Below are positions 59,002-64,000 of a stretch of 64,000 nucleotides of DNA, piece by piece. Made by a program: the position numbers and the translations under genes. The DNA lies in the NCBI GenBank assembly GCA_049320885.1, contig JBMORA010000064.1, forward strand, positions 32,001-96,000, read 5' to 3'. The first letter of the stretch is position 1. Each line of letters opens with the position of its first letter. The notes beneath the pieces were generated by a model that had not been told where the DNA came from, searched no databases, and saw nothing but the letters and a program-made list of their open reading frames with translations. This DNA is from Thermodesulfobacteriota bacterium (lineage in GTDB: Bacteria > Desulfobacterota > Desulfobacteria > Desulfobacterales > SURF-7).

Positions 59002-61653
59002 TTATCCGTCGAGCGCTTTGGTGACGATTTCGGCCACGTCGCTGGATATACGAGGCGCTTGGCGAATCCGCTCCAGTGCCTGCCTCATGATTCCTTGACG
59101 AACAGCGTCATATTTTTTCCAGGGATTGAACAGGGAAACCATCCGCGCGGCCATCTGCGGATTGATGGCGTTGAGAGCCAGGACCTGATCCGCCAGAAAC
59201 CGATATCCGTCTCCGCTAACCTGATGGAACTGCCAGGGATTCATACCGCAAAAGGTTCCAATCACGGCTCGCACCCGGTTTGGATTTGCCAATGAAAATT
59301 TGGGATGCCGCATGAGTTCCCGCACCCGTGACAATGCATGCGGCGACGCGGCGCCGGCCTGCACGGAAAACCATTTTTCCAGCACCAGATCGTCTCCCTG
59401 CCATTTTTCATAAAAGCGCTGAACCGCCGCTGCGGCCCGGTCGTCATCGAAATCGGCGATCAACGCTAGAGCCGCCAGTTCATCCGTCATGTTGTCGGCC
59501 CGGAAAAAATGGGTGTAGACCTTTTGGATATCGGCTTCCTCCCGGGTGCGGGACAAATACCCGAGGGCCAGATGTTGCAGGCTGCGCCGGGCCATGTCGC
59601 CGGATGTGATCCGGTACGGCCCGGCTGACCGATTTTCCTGATACGCGGTCAGGAAGTCATCACGCAACGATGTTGCCAGCCGTTCCCGGATAAAACAGCG
59701 GACATGGTGGACGGCATCCGGGTCAATGGCCTGCCCCAGGTCGGACATCCGCTGTCCGATTTCCGCTTCCGACGGCAAGGTCAGCATCAAGGCAACAAAG
59801 GCCCGGTCGAGGGTCCTGTCCTGTAATATTTTACGCCAGGCCGTGAAAACGGATTCCTCCAAGCACAATTCCCGGCCGTTCCGAAAGTCATCGATCAGCG
59901 CCTGAACGCGCTGCATCATGAAGCGCTGTCCGGCATCCCATCTGACAAACGGATCGGTATCCATGGCCATCAGGAAACTCAATTCCTCATCCGTATACCC
60001 CGCGTCCAGTTTCACGGGAGCGGAAAAGCCGCGCAGCAGGGAAGGGATCGGTTCCACGTCGATATCCGGAAAGCAGAAAACCTGTTCCGTTTCCCGCAGC
60101 TCCAACATCGCGGTGGTGGAGGGCGCGCCACCGTTTACGGTTGATCCCAGCGGAATTTCGCTGCCGTCGGGCCGGATCAAGCCCACCGCAATCGGTATAT
60201 GAAAGGGCTGTTTCACCGGCTGTCCCGGCGTCGGCGGGCACGACTGGCGGCATTCCAGGCGGAATAGCCGGCGAGGTTCGTCATACTGGCGTTTCACAAC
60301 CACTTCCGGAGTTCCGGCCTGGGAATACCAGCGCCGGAATTGGACCAGATCCCGTCCACCTGCTTCTTCCATGACCGTGACAAAATCATCGGTGGTCACG
60401 GCCTGTCCGTCGAAGCGGTGGAAATACAGGTCCATGGCGTTGTGGAACCGATCGGGGCCCAACAGCCGATACAGCATCCGGACCACTTCAGCGCCTTTTT
60501 CATAAACCGTCTGGGTATAAAAATTATTCATCTGGATATAGGATTCCGGTCTCACCGGATGGGCCATGGGACCCGAATCCTCGGCAAACTGGAAAGTTTT
60601 CAGCCGGCGAACATCCCCGATGCGTTTTACCGGCCGCGATCCCATGTCGGCTGAAAATTCCTGATCCCGGAAAACGGTCAGCCCCTCCTTCAGGCTCAGC
60701 TGGAACCAGTTTTTCAGGGTGATCCGATTCCCGGTCCAGTTGTGAAAATACTCATGCGCGATCACCCCCTCGATATTCTGGAAATCGATATCGGTGGCGG
60801 TTTCGGGCCTGGCCAGCACATATTTGGCATTGAAGATGTTCAGTCCCTTGTTTTCCATGGCCCCCATGTTGAAGTCCTTCACGGCGACGATCATGAATCC
60901 GTCCAAATCATATTCCCTGCCGAAGATTTCTTCATCCCAGCGCATGGCCTTCTTAAGGGATTCCATGGCGTGTGCGCATTTGTCGATATTTTCTTGTTCG
61001 ACGAAAATGCGCAGCGCGACATCCTTGCCGCTTTTCGTGCGGAAGCGATCCTCGTGGACCGCAAGATTTCCGGCCACCATGGCAAAGAGATAAGACGGTT
61101 TTCTGTGGGGATCGTGCCATCTGGCATAATGCCGTCCGCCTTCCAGCGGGCCGCTTTCCATCAAATTTCCATTGGAGAGCAGCACCGGATATTTGCTTTG
61201 ATCCGCCGCGATGGTGCAGTTATAGATGGCCATGACATCCGGGCGATCCGGGAAATAGGTGATTTTCCGGAACCCCATGGCCTCGCACTGGGTGCAGAAC
61301 AAGTCGTTTGATTTGTACAGACCCTCGAGGGTTTTGTTGGATTGGGGCTCCAGACGGGTCACGATGTCCACGCGGCAGACATCCGGGGCATCCGGAATTT
61401 CCAGGTGCTCGCCGGTGATCCGGTAATCTCCTTCGGCCAGGCGCCTTCCATCCATGGATATGGTTACGAGCGTCAGGTCGCGGCCCTCCAGCAGCAGGGG
61501 GCCTCCTGCGGTGGCCTCCCGGTTCCGGCGCAAGTTCATTGTTGCCGTGACAAGGGCCTCATGTTCGTGAAGGTCGATGAATAAATCCACTGTTTCCACC
61601 AGGAAAACGGGTGGACGGTAGTCCCGGAGATACGTAACTCGCAATTCGGTCAT
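59002..61653 (-). CDS. pepN: Aminopeptidase N
   Basis: TQCEA.GFRKIT, GAMENKGLN, HEYFHNWTGNR (HEXXH), LKEG, VYEKGAE, NPNRVRA. Confidence 0.97.
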   Translation of the reverse strand: MTELRVTYLRDYRPPVFLVETVDLFIDLHEHEALVTATMNLRRNREATAGGPLLLEGRDLTLVTISMDGRRLAEGDYRITGEHLEIPDAPDVCRVDIVTRLEPQSNKTLEGLYKSNDLFCTQCEAMGFRKITYFPDRPDVMAIYNCTIAADQSKYPVLLSNGNLMESGPLEGGRHYARWHDPHRKPSYLFAMVAGNLAVHEDRFRTKSGKDVALRIFVEQENIDKCAHAMESLKKAMRWDEEIFGREYDLDGFMIVAVKDFNMGAMENKGLNIFNAKYVLARPETATDIDFQNIEGVIAHEYFHNWTGNRITLKNWFQLSLKEGLTVFRDQEFSADMGSRPVKRIGDVRRLKTFQFAEDSGPMAHPVRPESYIQMNNFYTQTVYEKGAEVVRMLYRLLGPDRFHNAMDLYFHRFDGQAVTTDDFVTVMEEAGGRDLVQFRRWYSQAGTPEVVVKRQYDEPRRLFRLECRQSCPPTPGQPVKQPFHIPIAVGLIRPDGSEIPLGSTVNGGAPSTTAMLELRETEQVFCFPDIDVEPIPSLLRGFSAPVKLDAGYTDEELSFLMAMDTDPFVRWDAGQRFMMQRVQALIDDFRNGRELCLEESVFTAWRKILQDRTLDRAFVALMLTLPSEAEIGQRMSDLGQAIDPDAVHHVRCFIRERLATSLRDDFLTAYQENRSAGPYRITSGDMARRSLQHLALGYLSRTREEADIQKVYTHFFRADNMTDELAALALIADFDDDRAAAAVQRFYEKWQGDDLVLEKWFSVQAGAASPHALSRVRELMRHPKFSLANPNRVRAVIGTFCGMNPWQFHQVSGDGYRFLADQVLALNAINPQMAARMVSLFNPWKKYDAVRQGIMRQALERIRQAPRISSDVAEIVTKALDG

Positions 61654-61655
61654 TA

Positions 61656-63719
61656 TCAATCCGTCGAATCCAGGGCGCGCCGAACGCTCAGCGCCAGATC
61701 GGCAATGGTGAAGGGTTTGACCATCAGTTCCCGGACGCCGAGTTCCGGGAGTTTTTCCGTCGGGATGGTTTCCGGGAAGCCGGAGCAGAGGATGACGGGA
61801 ATATCGGGCCGCACAAGGTGGACCCGTTTGATCAGTTCGATACCGGTTATCTTGGGCATGGAATGATCGGTGATGATGAGATCGAAGGAGCGGGGCGCTG
61901 CCAGAAAGAGTTCCAGCGCATCAAGGCTGCTTGTTTTTGCAAGGACATCGTAGCCAAGTTGTTCCAGGAGTTCCTTGCCGACATCCACCAGAAACTCCTC
62001 ATCATCGATGAACAGAATCCGTTCGTTCCCCACCGGCAGTTTTTCGGGTTTGGCCGAAGCGCCCTCTTCCATGACAGTGTCTGCCTGGGGGAAGAGGACG
62101 GTAAAGCATGTCCCCCTGCCCGGTTGGCTCTCAACCCCGATGGAGCCGCAAAGCTTTTTGATAATGTTGCGGGTCACGGACAACCCGAGGCCGGTGCCTT
62201 TACCGGGTCCCTTGGTCGTGAAATACGGATCGAAAATTTTATGGATATCCTCCGGCGGAATCCCCTGGCCTGTATCGGCGACCGTCAACCGCAGGTAGTT
62301 ACCCTCGTTCAATTCCTTCCGGGTGGCTTCCTCCCTGTCCAGACGGACTTCCTTCAGGGCGACCGTGAGGGCGCCGCCCTTCATTCTCATGGCGTAAGCC
62401 GCATTGGTGCAGAGGTTCATCAATACCTGATGAATCTGGGTCGGATCCGCCAGCACGGCATCCCGGGTCGCCGAAATGGACAACCGGATTTCGATATTGG
62501 CCGGGAGAGTGACTTTGAGCAGCTTCATCACCTCTTTGACAATGAATTTGATATGGACTTTTTTGCTTTCCTGGGGGGATTGGCGGCTGAAGGACAGGAT
62601 CTGGCCGATCAGGTCCCGGGCCCGGTTGCCGGCCATGATAACCTTTTCACAGTAGCCCCGCATTTTTTCATCCAGGGATGCACGGCCCATGGCCAGCTGG
62701 GTATATCCCATGATGGCCGAAAGGATATTGTTGAAATCGTGGGCGATCCCTCCGGTCAAGGTGGCGATGGCTTCCATCTTCTGGGCCTGAATCAGCTGTT
62801 TCTCCAGCTGCAGCTCCTGGGTGACATCCCGGTTGACCGAGACGAAACTGATGATGTTGTCATCCTTGTCCCGCACCGGCGATATCGACACTTCCAGTTC
62901 GCGGGGAGGGGCGGCTTCCCGGGGAGAGACCATGTGTCCTTTCCAGGTTCTACCGGCATTGATTTCCTGCCAGACGTTGCGGTAAAATGATTCGGGATAG
63001 CTTTTATTTTTTAGTATCTTATATGACCGCCCCTTGGCTTCCTGCTGGGAATAACCGGTCATGCGTTCGAACGCCGGATTCAAATACCGGATGGTGCCGT
63101 TTTTTTCAGTGATCAGAATACCGTCCGCTGCCTGTTCGATGGCGGTGGCCAGATATAGCCGTTCTTTTTCGGCCGCCTGCCTTTCGGTCATTTCGGTTTC
63201 CAATCGCTGGTTGGCTTCTTCCAGCGCCTTGGAGCGCTCGTTGAGTCTGGCGGTGCGCTGGAGAATTTGTTCTTCGAGATGTTCACGGTATTCCCGGTTC
63301 TCCACCAGCAGGCCGGCCTTTGTCAGAGCATTGGAGATGACATGTTCCAGAATCAGCATGTCATGGATCGGCTTGGTCACATAATCCCAGGCGCCTTTTC
63401 GCAGCGCATCTATGACTTCCTGGATTTCCCCTGTCCCGGATATGACGATGACCGGTGTTTCCGTTGTGCGTTTGGTCAACTCTTCAAGCACCTGAAAGCC
63501 ATTCATCCCCGGCATGCGCAGATCCAGCAGTACGATATCCGGTTTTTCCCGGTCGAACAATTCGAGCCCCCGGAGGCCATTCTCCGCCTGGATAACACGG
63601 AACCCGCAGTCTTCCAGATAGCTGCAGATACTTTTGCGAATGACGGGATCATCGTCTATGGAAAGAATCAGCCGGTTATCGAATTCCGGTGGATGTGTTC
63701 CGAACCAAAAATTCTTCAT
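61656..63719 (-). CDS. Hybrid sensor histidine kinase (REC-PAS-HisKA-HATPase-REC)
   Basis: N-terminal DDD..DLRMP..KP; PAS; GGIAHDFNNIL; NLCTNA, DTGQG, GTGLGL; C-terminal receiver. Confidence 0.93.
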   Translation of the reverse strand: MKNFWFGTHPPEFDNRLILSIDDDPVIRKSICSYLEDCGFRVIQAENGLRGLELFDREKPDIVLLDLRMPGMNGFQVLEELTKRTTETPVIVISGTGEIQEVIDALRKGAWDYVTKPIHDMLILEHVISNALTKAGLLVENREYREHLEEQILQRTARLNERSKALEEANQRLETEMTERQAAEKERLYLATAIEQAADGILITEKNGTIRYLNPAFERMTGYSQQEAKGRSYKILKNKSYPESFYRNVWQEINAGRTWKGHMVSPREAAPPRELEVSISPVRDKDDNIISFVSVNRDVTQELQLEKQLIQAQKMEAIATLTGGIAHDFNNILSAIMGYTQLAMGRASLDEKMRGYCEKVIMAGNRARDLIGQILSFSRQSPQESKKVHIKFIVKEVMKLLKVTLPANIEIRLSISATRDAVLADPTQIHQVLMNLCTNAAYAMRMKGGALTVALKEVRLDREEATRKELNEGNYLRLTVADTGQGIPPEDIHKIFDPYFTTKGPGKGTGLGLSVTRNIIKKLCGSIGVESQPGRGTCFTVLFPQADTVMEEGASAKPEKLPVGNERILFIDDEEFLVDVGKELLEQLGYDVLAKTSSLDALELFLAAPRSFDLIITDHSMPKITGIELIKRVHLVRPDIPVILCSGFPETIPTEKLPELGVRELMVKPFTIADLALSVRRALDSTD

Positions 63720-63736
63720 CAATAGTCCATCCCGGT

Positions 63737-64000
63737 TCACCGTTCCGGCAGCTGAGGAGTTTCGATCAACTCCTTGACGGCTTGGATCAGCAGGCGCATA
63801 TCTTTCAGGGGCTTTGTAAAAACATGTCGGGACGTCAGGCCGATGGCGGTCAGGGTTTCGGGCAATACATAATCCGCTGATCCGGTATGCACAATGAATT
63901 TCATTGCCGGACAAATCTCATGAGCTCTCAGGATGAATCCGTTGCCGTCCATGCCGGGCAACCGGATGTCGATCACGCCTGCATGAAAGGGTTCGGTGGC
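63737..64000 (-). CDS. Response regulator receiver protein, 5'-truncated by window edge
   Basis: GVIDIRLPGMDG..FIVHTGS..FTKPL. Confidence 0.8.
   Translation of the reverse strand, partial: ATEPFHAGVIDIRLPGMDGNGFILRAHEICPAMKFIVHTGSADYVLPETLTAIGLTSRHVFTKPLKDMRLLIQAVKELIETPQLPER

Noticed and set aside
1..64000. CRISPR arrays, rRNA, intact tRNA, prophage genes, selenocysteine read-through
   Set aside because: No regularly spaced repeats or RNA gene signatures seen by eye; the TGA stops inspected fall at natural protein ends

Overview
Gene-dense bacterial chromosome segment. Gene content and order (sirC-ccsA-hemA, rpiB-glyA-dCMP deaminase-nrdR-rib-nusB, twin PrkA operon, many hybrid kinases, CFI-type C-terminal sorting tail) suggest an anaerobic Desulfobacterota/Desulfobacterales-like organism (inference). 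Housekeeping blocks: RNA processing and tetrapyrrole genes (2.3-12.7 kb), pyk, mltF, trpB2, riboflavin/one-carbon/NAD genes (45-55 kb), pepN. Accessory or regulatory blocks: a prkA-DUF444-spoVR-prkA2 operon, a cobalamin-riboswitch-controlled btuB/btuF-cbiZ/exbBD/tonB operon, several signalling proteins, and a visibly AT-richer islet (about 55.4-58.7 kb) with two transposase remnants and a TetR/hydrolase pair. The most unusual locus is 27.5-29.4 kb. It encodes a surface-anchored subtilase whose signal peptide is preceded in frame by a Fis-type (sigma54-activator-like) helix-turn-helix. The gene sits behind a consensus sigma54 promoter with two GCAAC-N4-GTTGC palindromes upstream, suggesting a possible export-coupled feedback regulator. 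No rRNA, intact tRNA or CRISPR array was seen. All assignments are by-eye motif recognition; no database searches were run.
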